Source: Candidatus Magasanikbacteria bacterium RIFOXYC2_FULL_42_28 (GTDB lineage Bacteria > Patescibacteriota > Patescibacteriia > Magasanikbacterales > GWA2-37-8). Taken from it: 64,000 nt of DNA. The DNA lies in NCBI GenBank assembly GCA_001784435.1, contig MFQZ01000009.1:11324-75323 (forward strand), read 5' to 3'. Position numbers and translations under genes: made by a program. Positions 19,712-29,018 of the stretch are shown here, piece after piece; position 1 is the first letter of the stretch; each line of letters opens with the position of its first letter. Below the pieces are notes generated by a model. The model was not told where the DNA came from. It saw only the letters and a list, made by a program, of their open reading frames with translations, and searched no databases.

Positions 19712-19821
19712 TTATAGTTGTCAAAATATCGCTTTAATGTTAAACTGAAAACAGTTTAATTTTTATTAAAAGCCCGCCCAGACACCCCGGGCTTGCCCGA
19801 GGTCGGGCTTATTTATCGGGT

Positions 19822-21069
19822 ATGAAAACTAAATTTTTCTTAGGATCTTTGGCAATTGTTATCTCGGCATTATTATGGAGTTTAGATGGCACCTTTTTAC
19901 GACCGGGGTTATTCTCTTTGCCGTCGCCATTGTTGGTATTTTTGGAACATACATTAGGATTTGTGGTGCTCGCGCCTTTTTTATTTATTTACCGTAGCCA
20001 ACTAAAAGAAATTAATAAAAAATCATGGGCTGCGATATTTTGGGTGGCGTTATTCGGGGGGGCGCTTGGCACCACTTTTTTTACCAAGGCGTTATTTGCT
20101 ACCGGGTTCGTCGATATCTCCGTGGTAATTTTATTACAAAAATTCCAACCGATTTTCGCGATAATTTTAGCGGCGATATTTTTGCGCGAACGGTTTCCGC
20201 GTGAGTTTTATGCTTATGCCGGCTTGGCAGTTGTGGCCGGATATTTTGTTACTTTTAAAGATCCGTTTATTGTGTCCGGTATTTGGAGCGCGCCCGCCCT
20301 GGCGGCGGTATTTTCGCTTTTGGCCGCGTTCGCGTGGGGTTCATCTACGGTGTTTGGTAAATATTCTTTGAAAAATTTAAATCACGGTCTGCTCGCGGCT
20401 TTGAGGTTTGGGTTAACGGTTTTGATTATGGTTTTCCCGGCGTTGTATTTTTATGGCACGGGAGTTTCGGCAGTGGCGGGCAAACAATGGTGGACACTCA
20501 TTACGATTGTATTCAGTTCCGGCGCGGTGGCGATGTTTTTGTATTATTGGGGATTAAAAAAAGTGCCGGCATCAGTTTCAACTTTGTGTGAATTAGCGTG
20601 GCCGGTGTCGGCAATTATTTTTGATTATTTTTTGAACGACAATGTTTTATCAACCACGCAAATTTTGGGCGCGTTTGTTTTAGTACTTGCGGCCTATCGC
20701 GCGACCGCGTTAAATCAGCCGATAACTTTTACCGGTAAAGTTTTGCCCGGGCAAGGCAAAGGCGAAGAGGTGGGCGCGAAGACCGCGAATTTAGATGTCG
20801 CGCTCGCGGCTAAATTACCGCCGGGTTTGTATGATTGTGTGGTAACAACCGAAGCCAAGGCGGTTTATAGTGGGTTACTGTATTATGGATATAATTCGTT
20901 GTCACAAAAAGATTGCTTGGAAGTTCATCTGTTAAATTTTTCCGGTGATTTGAAAGGGCAAGAAATTACCGTTACCACCAAAAGGTTTTTGCGCCTACCG
21001 AAAAAATTTAATTCGTTGGATGGGTTGAAGGCGAAGGTGGAGGAGGATTTGAAAAAGACCAAAGAGTAA
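19822..21069 (+). CDS. EamA/DMT transporter fused to a C-terminal riboflavin-kinase-like domain
   Basis: About 10 TM segments, then GKVLPGQGKG..KTANL, GLY, EVHLLNFSGDL, FLR..KKF..L...VEED. Confidence 0.8.
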   Translation: MKTKFFLGSLAIVISALLWSLDGTFLRPGLFSLPSPLLVFLEHTLGFVVLAPFLFIYRSQLKEINKKSWAAIFWVALFGGALGTTFFTKALFATGFVDISVVILLQKFQPIFAIILAAIFLRERFPREFYAYAGLAVVAGYFVTFKDPFIVSGIWSAPALAAVFSLLAAFAWGSSTVFGKYSLKNLNHGLLAALRFGLTVLIMVFPALYFYGTGVSAVAGKQWWTLITIVFSSGAVAMFLYYWGLKKVPASVSTLCELAWPVSAIIFDYFLNDNVLSTTQILGAFVLVLAAYRATALNQPITFTGKVLPGQGKGEEVGAKTANLDVALAAKLPPGLYDCVVTTEAKAVYSGLLYYGYNSLSQKDCLEVHLLNFSGDLKGQEITVTTKRFLRLPKKFNSLDGLKAKVEEDLKKTKE

Positions 21070-21123
21070 AAACAAAATAAAAATACGCCTGAATAAAATC
21101 CGGCGTATTTTTTTATAGAAGTA

Positions 21124-22035
21124 TTATTTACAAAACGATTCGCCGTCCGGTTTGGCACCATCGTTGACGCGGAGGTTGTATCTGGAAGTGTAAACTGTTT
21201 TTAATTCCGGCGCGAAATAATCATAGGGGCAGACGGCGGTGGTGTGGATTGTGCTCCAATTAAGTTTGGAGTCGTCGGCGTATTTATTTTTTGTCGCGGA
21301 GTTGTAGAGGCCAAAATCCCAGTTGCCAGCGACGTTTGTTCCAGTGGTGTAACCAATTAAATCTCCGGCTTTGAAATCAACCTTATTTTTTATTTGCTGG
21401 TCGCGGCTGTCGCTCGCCGGTTCAGATAGGAAAACATCTTTTATTGTTTGGATTGGGTCGGTGATATGCATCAAGCGCAATGTTACCTCACAACTGACTT
21501 GGAAATCCAATCGGTATGGGCCCTGCACGTAATACGCGCCAGTAACCAAAGTCATATCGGTGGGGGCGTAGAGAGGCACTTTGGTGTGGTCGGTTTCAAT
21601 GTAGCTGTGGGTTTTTAGTTCTGTGCCTACGAAATTTGGCGGGATGACGATGTTGATTATTTTTGAGGTATCGGTTAAATGATGGGTAAAAATCGGATTG
21701 GGATTATTGGCACAGGAATTGCCGGTAATTTTTTTGATTATTTGTGTGATTGGATTGGTTGGTGGAGTTTTGATTTCGATTGAGGCAGTGGTTTTAGTGG
21801 AGGTAGCAATTGGCGGGATGGTGATGTTGATATTTTGGATATTTTGTTTTGACGGTGTTATTTTTATTTCAGCGGTTGGTGTTTCCGTTTGTGAGGTTGT
21901 CGGGGTGGCAATTTTCGGTGTGTTTTTGGGTGGATTGACAATACTGTGGTTGTCTATGATAAAGGTTTTTACAGCTCTGATGCCGATTAGTATGGCTACG
22001 ATTAGTAAGAGCGCGATAGTTTTGGTATTTTTCAT
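21124..22035 (-). CDS. Secreted or anchored hypothetical protein with a Thr/Pro-rich linker
   Basis: Long ORF, N-terminal hydrophobic segment; VDFKAGDLIGY resembles a hybrid-motif element. Confidence 0.7.
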   Translation of the reverse strand: MKNTKTIALLLIVAILIGIRAVKTFIIDNHSIVNPPKNTPKIATPTTSQTETPTAEIKITPSKQNIQNINITIPPIATSTKTTASIEIKTPPTNPITQIIKKITGNSCANNPNPIFTHHLTDTSKIINIVIPPNFVGTELKTHSYIETDHTKVPLYAPTDMTLVTGAYYVQGPYRLDFQVSCEVTLRLMHITDPIQTIKDVFLSEPASDSRDQQIKNKVDFKAGDLIGYTTGTNVAGNWDFGLYNSATKNKYADDSKLNWSTIHTTAVCPYDYFAPELKTVYTSRYNLRVNDGAKPDGESFCK

Positions 22036-22253
22036 AAAATTTCCACGATTTTGTTTTTAGATTTTTCTCCGGAGATTATTTTAATTCGGCTTTTTGGGGT
22101 TTGGTATTCTTTGCTTAATAATTTAATCAGCGCCTCATTGGCCGCGTTATCTACCGGCGGGGCGGTTAATTTTACTTTAATGACGCCGTCGGCCATCGGG
22201 CCGATGATTTCGTTTTTACTGGAGCGGGGGATAACTTTTATTTTTAGTTTCAT
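22032..22253 (-). CDS. DUF167/YggU-family protein
   Basis: VIPRSSKNEI, TAPPVDNAANEALIKLLS, IISGEKSKNK. Start at MKLK. Confidence 0.88.
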   Translation of the reverse strand: MKLKIKVIPRSSKNEIIGPMADGVIKVKLTAPPVDNAANEALIKLLSKEYQTPKSRIKIISGEKSKNKIVEIL

Positions 22254-22269
22254 ATTTTTTCGTTTGTCA

Positions 22270-22306
22270 TTTGTCATCCCGAGCGCAGCCGAGGGATCCC
22301 TTAAAC
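22270..22306. repeat. Family A half-element at the GIY-YIG stop codon
   Basis: tttgtcatcccgagcgcagccgagggatcccttaaac; direct repeat of 22614..22650. Confidence 0.9.
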
Positions 22307-22591
22307 CCATTCTGCGCTTAAATCTTTCCAATGCGGATTGATTTGTTTAATTAAAAATTCTTTTTTGTCTCGACGCCAACTCTTTAACTGTTTCTCTCGG
22401 GTTATCGCCGTGTTGATATCTTGATAGTGTTCATAAAAAACTAGTCTGCCAACATCATATTTTTTTGTAAATCCTTCAACTAATTTTTGTTTATGTTCAG
22501 AAAGTCGTTTTTCTAAATTATTTGTAACGCCGGTGTATAGCGTGCCACTATCACTTGCCAATATGTAAACATAATAATTGTGCTGTTTCAT
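22301..22591 (-). CDS. Small stand-alone GIY-YIG nuclease (Ssn-like)
   Basis: YYVYIL..TLYTGVTNNLEKRLSEHK..GFTKKY..AITREKQLKSWRR..NPHWKDL. Confidence 0.92.
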   Translation of the reverse strand: MKQHNYYVYILASDSGTLYTGVTNNLEKRLSEHKQKLVEGFTKKYDVGRLVFYEHYQDINTAITREKQLKSWRRDKKEFLIKQINPHWKDLSAEWV

Positions 22592-22613
22592 AGATTTGTA
22601 AATGTGATCGTCG

Positions 22614-22716
22614 TTTGTCATTCCGAGCGTAGCCGAGGAATCCCTTAAACTTATTATTGTACAAATACTATCTGTAAGGGATCCCTCCGCTCGCTAAGGC
22701 TCGGTCGGGATGACAA
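22614..22716. repeat. Family A full element upstream of the GIY-YIG gene
   Basis: ttgtcattccgagcgtagccgaggaatccctta...taagggatccctccgctcgctaaggctcggtcgggatgacaa. Confidence 0.92.
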
Positions 22717-22720
22717 GCGA

Positions 22721-23554
22721 TTAACCCCGTATTTTTTTCAAAATTGCCAGATCTTTTTCAACTTTATCATGATCAGTTTCTAAATAGAAATTAATATTTT
22801 GTAATCGTTTGTCAGTTAATAATGCTTGAAATCCCTTCAATCCAATTAGGCCGTCACCGATATGTTCGTGGCGATCTTTTTTCGCGCCGAGTTCTACTTT
22901 AGAATCATTGCAGTGCGCCATTTTTAATTTATCAAGACCGATTATTTTATCAAATTTTTTGAGAGTGGTGTCAACTGTTTCGGGTGTGCGGCAATCATAA
23001 CCGGAGGCAAACGCGTGTTCGGTATCGTAACACACACCGATGTCATATTTTTTTAATTTAGGGTGATAAATAATTTCCGCGATTTCTTCAAAAGTGTCGC
23101 CGATAATTTCGCCGGCGCCGGCGGCAATTTCAATTAAAAATTGCGTTTCGCCTTTGTATCCTTTTAACATTTCCGCCAAGTCCTGTGCCACTTGCGCCAA
23201 TCCCAAATCGTGTCCCAAATCTTTGTAACTGCCGAGGTGCGCCATTAAATATTTGGCGCCCAGAAGCGACGCCCGTTCCAATTCTTCGCGCACAATTTTA
23301 ATAGAGCCAAATCTAATGCGATTATTAGCAGAGGCAAAATTGATAATATACGGCGCGTGCACCGCCCATTCTTTTTGATTAAATGCTTTACACCGATCTT
23401 GAAATTCTTTACCAATACTCTCAGTTATTGGTGGGGTAAATCCGCCCTGAGGCGAGCGTGTAAACATTTGAAAAACTTCGCAACCTAAATTAGCCGCGTT
23501 TTGCGGGGCGTTGGTAATCGCGCCGGCAATGGAAACGTGTGCGCCAAAAAGCAT
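22721..23554 (-). CDS. nfo: Endonuclease IV
   Basis: GAHVSIAG, HAPYIINFAS, CYDTEHAFASG, HCNDSK, DRHEHIG, LET. Confidence 0.93.
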   Translation of the reverse strand: MLFGAHVSIAGAITNAPQNAANLGCEVFQMFTRSPQGGFTPPITESIGKEFQDRCKAFNQKEWAVHAPYIINFASANNRIRFGSIKIVREELERASLLGAKYLMAHLGSYKDLGHDLGLAQVAQDLAEMLKGYKGETQFLIEIAAGAGEIIGDTFEEIAEIIYHPKLKKYDIGVCYDTEHAFASGYDCRTPETVDTTLKKFDKIIGLDKLKMAHCNDSKVELGAKKDRHEHIGDGLIGLKGFQALLTDKRLQNINFYLETDHDKVEKDLAILKKIRG

Positions 23555-23575
23555 ATGGTTGTTACTTGGGGTACT

Positions 23576-24310
23576 TTACAACTTTTCCCAAATTAATTCA
23601 AATATAATTTTAAAAGTGTTGGCTAAATGATGGCTTGTGATCACAGTACCAAAAATAGGTTGTTCCAAAGTGAGTAGCGCGATGTTGTTGTCCCAAATCA
23701 ATATATCAGTTGGCTGGTCGCGGTATTTTTCCGGCAGAAATTTAAAATTATACATACCGCCAATTATTTTTTTGGTCTCTTCGGTGGCGCGCTGCCGGGA
23801 TGCGCCGGTTACTATATCAATTAGAGCGATATTATTTTCTTTTACTTTTTGTTCAAAATATATCAAAAAATCGCCTTCCAATTTTGATAATAAATTTGTG
23901 GACCCAAAGGCGTAAATTTTTTTGTCATTAGTCGTCAGAGATGATAAATAAATTTCTTTAACTTGTTCCCAGCCGTCAAAAAACAATACCCGTGGTTTAT
24001 TTTTGTTGGTGGTGTATAAAGCACGCAAGTCCGGGAGCATTTTTTCCAGATCAATTTTTTGTTTTTCCCAGTTTAAGATTAGCGCCTGCGGGTCGGCCGC
24101 CAAATAAACCTTGCGTTTACGAACTAATTCCGATTTCACCAGTCCGCGATTTTGCAAAGAGCGCAATACATTATAGGCGTTGGTGCGAGCGATACCAGTG
24201 CCAAGCGCGATTTGGGGCGGGGTTGATTGGCCTTGCCCAAGCAGATATAAGTAAATGTCAGCTTCATTATCGTTTAAGTCGGCGTTTTTTAGTTGGGTTT
24301 TTAGGTCCAT
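23576..24310 (-). CDS. TrmB-family transcriptional regulator
   Basis: N-terminal wHTH (EADIYLYLL..GIARTNAYNVL.SL..RGLV) plus C-terminal domain ending FELIW. Confidence 0.85.
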   Translation of the reverse strand: MDLKTQLKNADLNDNEADIYLYLLGQGQSTPPQIALGTGIARTNAYNVLRSLQNRGLVKSELVRKRKVYLAADPQALILNWEKQKIDLEKMLPDLRALYTTNKNKPRVLFFDGWEQVKEIYLSSLTTNDKKIYAFGSTNLLSKLEGDFLIYFEQKVKENNIALIDIVTGASRQRATEETKKIIGGMYNFKFLPEKYRDQPTDILIWDNNIALLTLEQPIFGTVITSHHLANTFKIIFELIWEKL

Positions 24311-24512
24311 ATTAGATAATTGTCAATTTTATTTATATCATATTTTATCTATATTGTCAAATAAAAATTACTTTGTAAGTTAAAAAGGTATAGATAATAT
24401 TGACAAATGCTGGTTTTTATGTTATAATTTAATGTTTAAAACTATTTTTTAATTAATTTCTCGCTATTAATGGTCATTTAATTTGGCCGTGGCGGGAGGA
24501 AAGACAAAATAT

Positions 24513-25514
24513 ATGAGTAAGAAATTAATAGCGGTAGCGGTATTGGTAGCGGTAGCGATATTTGGCGGGTGGAGGTTATTGGGCGGCAATAAGCAGTCCA
24601 ATTCGCCGATCACCTCGTTGCCCAAGGTGAAAATCGCGATGGTAACTTTTCCCGGCTATGGCCCGCTTTATGTGGCCGAGGAAAAAGGTTTTTTTGGCGA
24701 TTTAGATGTTGAGTTGGTGCGGATAGAATCCATTGGTGATATTCGCGCGGCCATGCGCAGTGGTGCAGTTAATATGTACGCGGCCACTTATGACATTTTC
24801 CAATCAACCAAAGGGGTCGCCCCGGAAGGAATAGGTTTTGTGGTGATTGATGAGTCGCACGGCGCTGATGGCGTGGCCGTGGCCGGTGGAATTAATTCAG
24901 TCGCGGATTTGCGCGGTAAAAAAGTTGCCGCCGAACCCGGATTCCCGCCGTATTTAGTGTTGCAGTATTTACTAAATAAAGAAGGGATGACTTTGGCTGA
25001 TTTGGATTTTCAAGATATGCCGACGGTTGATGCCGGCAACGCGTTTGCGGCCGGGAAATTATCAGCTGCCGGTATTTATGAACCGGCCTTGTCTGCGAGT
25101 GTGGCAGCACATTCGGGCGCTAAGGTATTGGCGAGTAGCGCTGATGTTCCCGGTTTAATTCAGGATTTGCTTTTTGCCGATGAAAAGTTTACCAAAGAAA
25201 ATCCTCAGGTCTTAGAAAAGGTGGCTGACGGTTATTTTAAAGCGCTTGATTATATTAACACCAACCATGATGACGCGTATCAGATAATGGCGAAGGCCTT
25301 TGGGGTGAGCGTGCCGGAAATGGAAGATTTCAAAACCGGCGTTAGCTGGGTAAGCAAAGAAGAAAACAAAAAATTATTCAACCAAGCAAGCGATGTTAAT
25401 GTTTTTAAGACATACGACATTGTTTGTGAATTGTTGAAGAAAAATGGCGATGCCGATGTCTGTTTGCCGGCCGCGGCAAAATTAACAGAGGAAATTATTA
25501 ATAATATCAAGTAA
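24513..25514 (+). CDS. ABC transporter substrate-binding protein (SsuA/NMT1/TauA-like)
   Basis: FPGYGPLYVAEEKGFF, DESHGADG, DLRGKKVA, YEP. Confidence 0.85.
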   Translation: MSKKLIAVAVLVAVAIFGGWRLLGGNKQSNSPITSLPKVKIAMVTFPGYGPLYVAEEKGFFGDLDVELVRIESIGDIRAAMRSGAVNMYAATYDIFQSTKGVAPEGIGFVVIDESHGADGVAVAGGINSVADLRGKKVAAEPGFPPYLVLQYLLNKEGMTLADLDFQDMPTVDAGNAFAAGKLSAAGIYEPALSASVAAHSGAKVLASSADVPGLIQDLLFADEKFTKENPQVLEKVADGYFKALDYINTNHDDAYQIMAKAFGVSVPEMEDFKTGVSWVSKEENKKLFNQASDVNVFKTYDIVCELLKKNGDADVCLPAAAKLTEEIINNIK

Positions 25515-25515
25515 T

Positions 25516-26280
25516 ATGGACCTTGGCCCGATAAAAATTAGTAAGAAAAACTTACCTTTGATAGTGTCGCTATTATTTTTGTCGGGCCTATGGTTTTTCG
25601 TTACCGAAACTACTCGCATAGTTAATCCTTTATTTTTACCGTCGCCGGTAAAAGTGGCGACTGCCCTTAGCGGATTGATAACCAATGGTTTGAGCGCTGA
25701 TGTATTTGCCACTGTGGGCCGAGTCGCGGCGGCGTTTGTGCTGTCGGTGTCTTTGGCTTTGCCAGTCGCACTTTTGATGTCAGAATCAAAATTCTTTCAG
25801 CGCCTGTTTACTCCTTATCTGGATTTTATTCGCTATATCCCGGTGCCGGTTTTGATTCCTTTGGCAATACTTTTTTTTGGCATCGGTGAAACCGCCAAAA
25901 TTGTTCTACTTTTTGTTGGGACTTTTTTCCAAGTAGCGCTTCAATTTGAAGTTGATTTAGATGATGTTCCGGTGGATTATTTTGATTTGGCGCATTCGCT
26001 TAATTTTTCTTTTTGGCAACGTTTAAAAATGAAATTATTGGCCGCCGCTCCGGAAATGTACAATAATATGCGCATCTCGCTCGGATTAAGTTGGTCGTAT
26101 GTGGTAATAGCGGAGCTTGTGGCCGCACCCACCGGCATTGGGCATATGATCAAAGAGGCGCAAAGATTTTCACTAACCGCTGATGTTTATGTGGGTATAC
26201 TGTTGATGGGGCTGGTTGGTTTTTTGTCGGATTATATTTTTCGGAAAAGTTATTTTAAATTATTTCCTTACAAAAATTAG
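25516..26280 (+). CDS. ABC transporter permease (SsuC/TauC-like)
   Basis: FLPSP, RYIPVPVLIPL, SWSYVVIAELV..GIG. Confidence 0.9.
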   Translation: MDLGPIKISKKNLPLIVSLLFLSGLWFFVTETTRIVNPLFLPSPVKVATALSGLITNGLSADVFATVGRVAAAFVLSVSLALPVALLMSESKFFQRLFTPYLDFIRYIPVPVLIPLAILFFGIGETAKIVLLFVGTFFQVALQFEVDLDDVPVDYFDLAHSLNFSFWQRLKMKLLAAAPEMYNNMRISLGLSWSYVVIAELVAAPTGIGHMIKEAQRFSLTADVYVGILLMGLVGFLSDYIFRKSYFKLFPYKN

Positions 26281-26282
26281 TT

Positions 26283-27854
26283 ATGAGCGGAATTAGTGTT
26301 CAAAAATTAAATAAAAATTTTGGAGCGAAAAAAGTGTTGGAAGACATTTATTTTGAAGTAGAAAATGGTGAAGTCGTCGCCATCTTAGGTCCGTCTGGTT
26401 GCGGTAAGACGACACTGCTCAAATGTATTTTGGGTTTGGAAAAATCGGACAGTGGAGAAATTTTTGTCGGTTCCACGCGACTGACCGAGTGGTTAAAAGA
26501 TAATCGCATCGCTTATGTTCCCCAAAAGTACGCCAATTTTAATTATTTGACTGTTGCTCAAAATATTTTGGCGGCTCTAAATGGACAAGAATTAAACCTG
26601 GATAGCCTGGTTGAAAGTAGTTTAAAAAATGTCGGATTGGATAAATTTAAAACATCATATCCCGGGCAGCTTTCGGGCGGGATGCAACAGCGGCTGGCTT
26701 TGGCGCGCGCGCTCGCCTCGGGTGCCGGTATTATCGCTTTTGATGAGCCGTTTAGTTCTTTGGATGTGGAGACGCGCCAGCAAATGCAGGAATTAATTTT
26801 AGAATCTCGTTCGGATAATAAGAAAACGATGTTGTTTGTAACGCACGATATTGAAGAAGCGATATTTTTAGCGCGCAAGATCGTGGTGATGGGGACGAAA
26901 CCCGGCGTAGTTAGAGAAATTATTGATGTGCCGTTTAATTATCCCCGCCCATCATCTTTGCGGTTTGATGAAGAGTTCCAAAAAATTCGCCGGGCGCTGT
27001 CATTTATCGTGCGCTCGGAAGGGATTAAGGGTAAACTTTCCGAAGGTGAGCCGATCGTTGGTCGCTCTCATAAAATCGGACTTTATTATTGGCCGGGCAA
27101 TAGCCCATTTTTTTACGCGCAAGAACGCGGTTGGTTTGAAAATGATTTATTACCGGTCGAGTTTATTTCTTTCAGCGATAATCGCCAGAAAATTGATTTT
27201 TGGAAGTCCGGCAAAATTGATATTTTAAATGTTACCATTGATACCGCGCTTAGATTAAAAAAGGAAATACCGGATACGGAAATTATTATGGGTCTTAATA
27301 TTTCTCGTGGTGGCGACGCGCTTATTAGCCGTGATCCGATAAGTTCGGTAAAGGAAATTAAAAATAAACGGGTGGCTTTGGAAAAAGATGAGATCAGCGA
27401 GTTTTTCTTGCGTTATGTCTTGTATAAAAATGGCATGAATTTGGAGGATGTGATAGTGGCGGATATGAAGGGAGATGAAATCGGCGCCGCTTTAATAAGC
27501 GGTCGGGTTGATGCGGCCGTTTTGTGGGAGCCGTGGCTTTCCAAAACATTGGAATTGTCGCGCGCGCATGTTGTCGCAACCAGCCGTGATTTTTCAGTTT
27601 TCGCGGATGTTTTAGTGGCGCGAAAAAGTTTCGCGGAAGAAAATAAAGAAGAGATTCAAAAAATAAAAATGATTTGGCAGAAATCCGTTGACGCTTATTA
27701 TTTAAACAAACAAGATTTTACGCGCGCAGTCGCGCCCGCCGTGGGGCTAAGTGCTCGGGATTTGGCCAGCCAGCTTGAGTTAATTGAATTTTTTGATGGT
27801 GGGACTAAGCGGGTACTGGAAATTGGCGGGGAGATTAAAGACATGATGAGATAA
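26283..27854 (+). CDS. ABC ATPase fused to a C-terminal substrate-binding-like domain
   Basis: GPSGCGKTT, LSGGMQQR, FDEPF, VTHD; then YWPGNSPFFYAQERGWF, ISRGGDAL, WEPW. Confidence 0.88.
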   Translation: MSGISVQKLNKNFGAKKVLEDIYFEVENGEVVAILGPSGCGKTTLLKCILGLEKSDSGEIFVGSTRLTEWLKDNRIAYVPQKYANFNYLTVAQNILAALNGQELNLDSLVESSLKNVGLDKFKTSYPGQLSGGMQQRLALARALASGAGIIAFDEPFSSLDVETRQQMQELILESRSDNKKTMLFVTHDIEEAIFLARKIVVMGTKPGVVREIIDVPFNYPRPSSLRFDEEFQKIRRALSFIVRSEGIKGKLSEGEPIVGRSHKIGLYYWPGNSPFFYAQERGWFENDLLPVEFISFSDNRQKIDFWKSGKIDILNVTIDTALRLKKEIPDTEIIMGLNISRGGDALISRDPISSVKEIKNKRVALEKDEISEFFLRYVLYKNGMNLEDVIVADMKGDEIGAALISGRVDAAVLWEPWLSKTLELSRAHVVATSRDFSVFADVLVARKSFAEENKEEIQKIKMIWQKSVDAYYLNKQDFTRAVAPAVGLSARDLASQLELIEFFDGGTKRVLEIGGEIKDMMR

Positions 27855-27939
27855 AAAATAACGGCTCATAATTTTTTCGGTTGAGTACAAAACAAATAAT
27901 ACCGCCAAATTTGGCGGTATTATTACTTATAATTTAATT

Positions 27940-28923
27940 TTACACCTCACTGATCACATCAAATCCTTTAAAACTACCGGTCAAAGCCAAGCCGATAATT
28001 TTTCCGGAACACAGCCCTTTGTTTTTTATTTTTTCCGCCACGGCGTTTAGGGTTGCGCCCGACCCAACGGCGTCGTCTATCAGCAAAATATTTTTGAATT
28101 TGCGATTGTCATCCACAAAAATAGTACGACGAGCGTTTTCTACGCGGTCGGACAATTTTGACAATGATTTTTGCGGTACCGCGACATCGGATACAGTTTT
28201 TACCAAGTTCAATTGGGGCAAACTGAAATTAAGAATAGTAGCAAATTCTTTTTGAAACTGAATTTGTCTTGGCACGGTGGGCGGAATAAATCCCAGAGCG
28301 TCAATTTTATTTTCCTCTATTAAACGCGTCAGGCGCGCGCGGGTGAGTGCCACTACCATTTTAATCAGTTCTTTATTTTGAGTTTGTTTGGCGTGCAACA
28401 GCAGGGTGCCGAGTTTGGTTTTGCCAAATCTTTCAATGCTGTAAAAATCAAAATAATAAACTTCATCCAAGAAAATTTGCGGAAAAGTGTTTTGAAATTT
28501 CGTTAGCCCGCTAATTAGGCCATCGCGTTTATGTTGATTATATTTTTGCAGTGTCGTTTGATATTCACGCGCGGTTTTTTCTAGAGGCAAATTGTTTTGT
28601 CGGCAGAATTGCGCGAAACCGGATAGGCCGGGCATAAAATTTCCTGCGGATGAGATAAGCAGGTAGTTATCGTTGATGAATTGCAGGAGTGGTTTATCGT
28701 TTATAGATTCTGCCGCAGTCAAGGTTGGTTCGGCCAGGTGATAATAAACTTTCGGTGGTCGTCCCGATTTAGCTATTTTTTGGGTTGATAGCAATTTGTT
28801 GAGGTGTTTGTAAAGGGCCTGGTGACTAATACCAAAAAAACGCTTCATTTCGTTGATTGAAGCCGTATTTTTTTCTTTCAAATAAGCCATTATTTTGTCG
28901 CCAGTGGTATGTTCTTGGTTCAT
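27940..28923 (-). CDS. wHTH plus phosphoribosyltransferase (ComF-like) protein
   Basis: N-terminal HTH (FGISHQALYKHLNKL); PRPP-binding motif ILLIDDAVGSGATL. Confidence 0.75.
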   Translation of the reverse strand: MNQEHTTGDKIMAYLKEKNTASINEMKRFFGISHQALYKHLNKLLSTQKIAKSGRPPKVYYHLAEPTLTAAESINDKPLLQFINDNYLLISSAGNFMPGLSGFAQFCRQNNLPLEKTAREYQTTLQKYNQHKRDGLISGLTKFQNTFPQIFLDEVYYFDFYSIERFGKTKLGTLLLHAKQTQNKELIKMVVALTRARLTRLIEENKIDALGFIPPTVPRQIQFQKEFATILNFSLPQLNLVKTVSDVAVPQKSLSKLSDRVENARRTIFVDDNRKFKNILLIDDAVGSGATLNAVAEKIKNKGLCSGKIIGLALTGSFKGFDVISEV

Positions 28924-29018
28924 AGTTGCAGGTTGAATATCAACTATCATATCACAATAACCAAAAATTGTCAAGTATTAAAAAATCCGCTAGTTTTAGC
29001 GGATTTTGTGTGTAATTA

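Noticed and set aside
19769-19810. FMN riboswitch upstream of the transporter-flavokinase fusion
   Set aside because: Only a ~40-nt hairpin; it lacks the FMN aptamer consensus and length.
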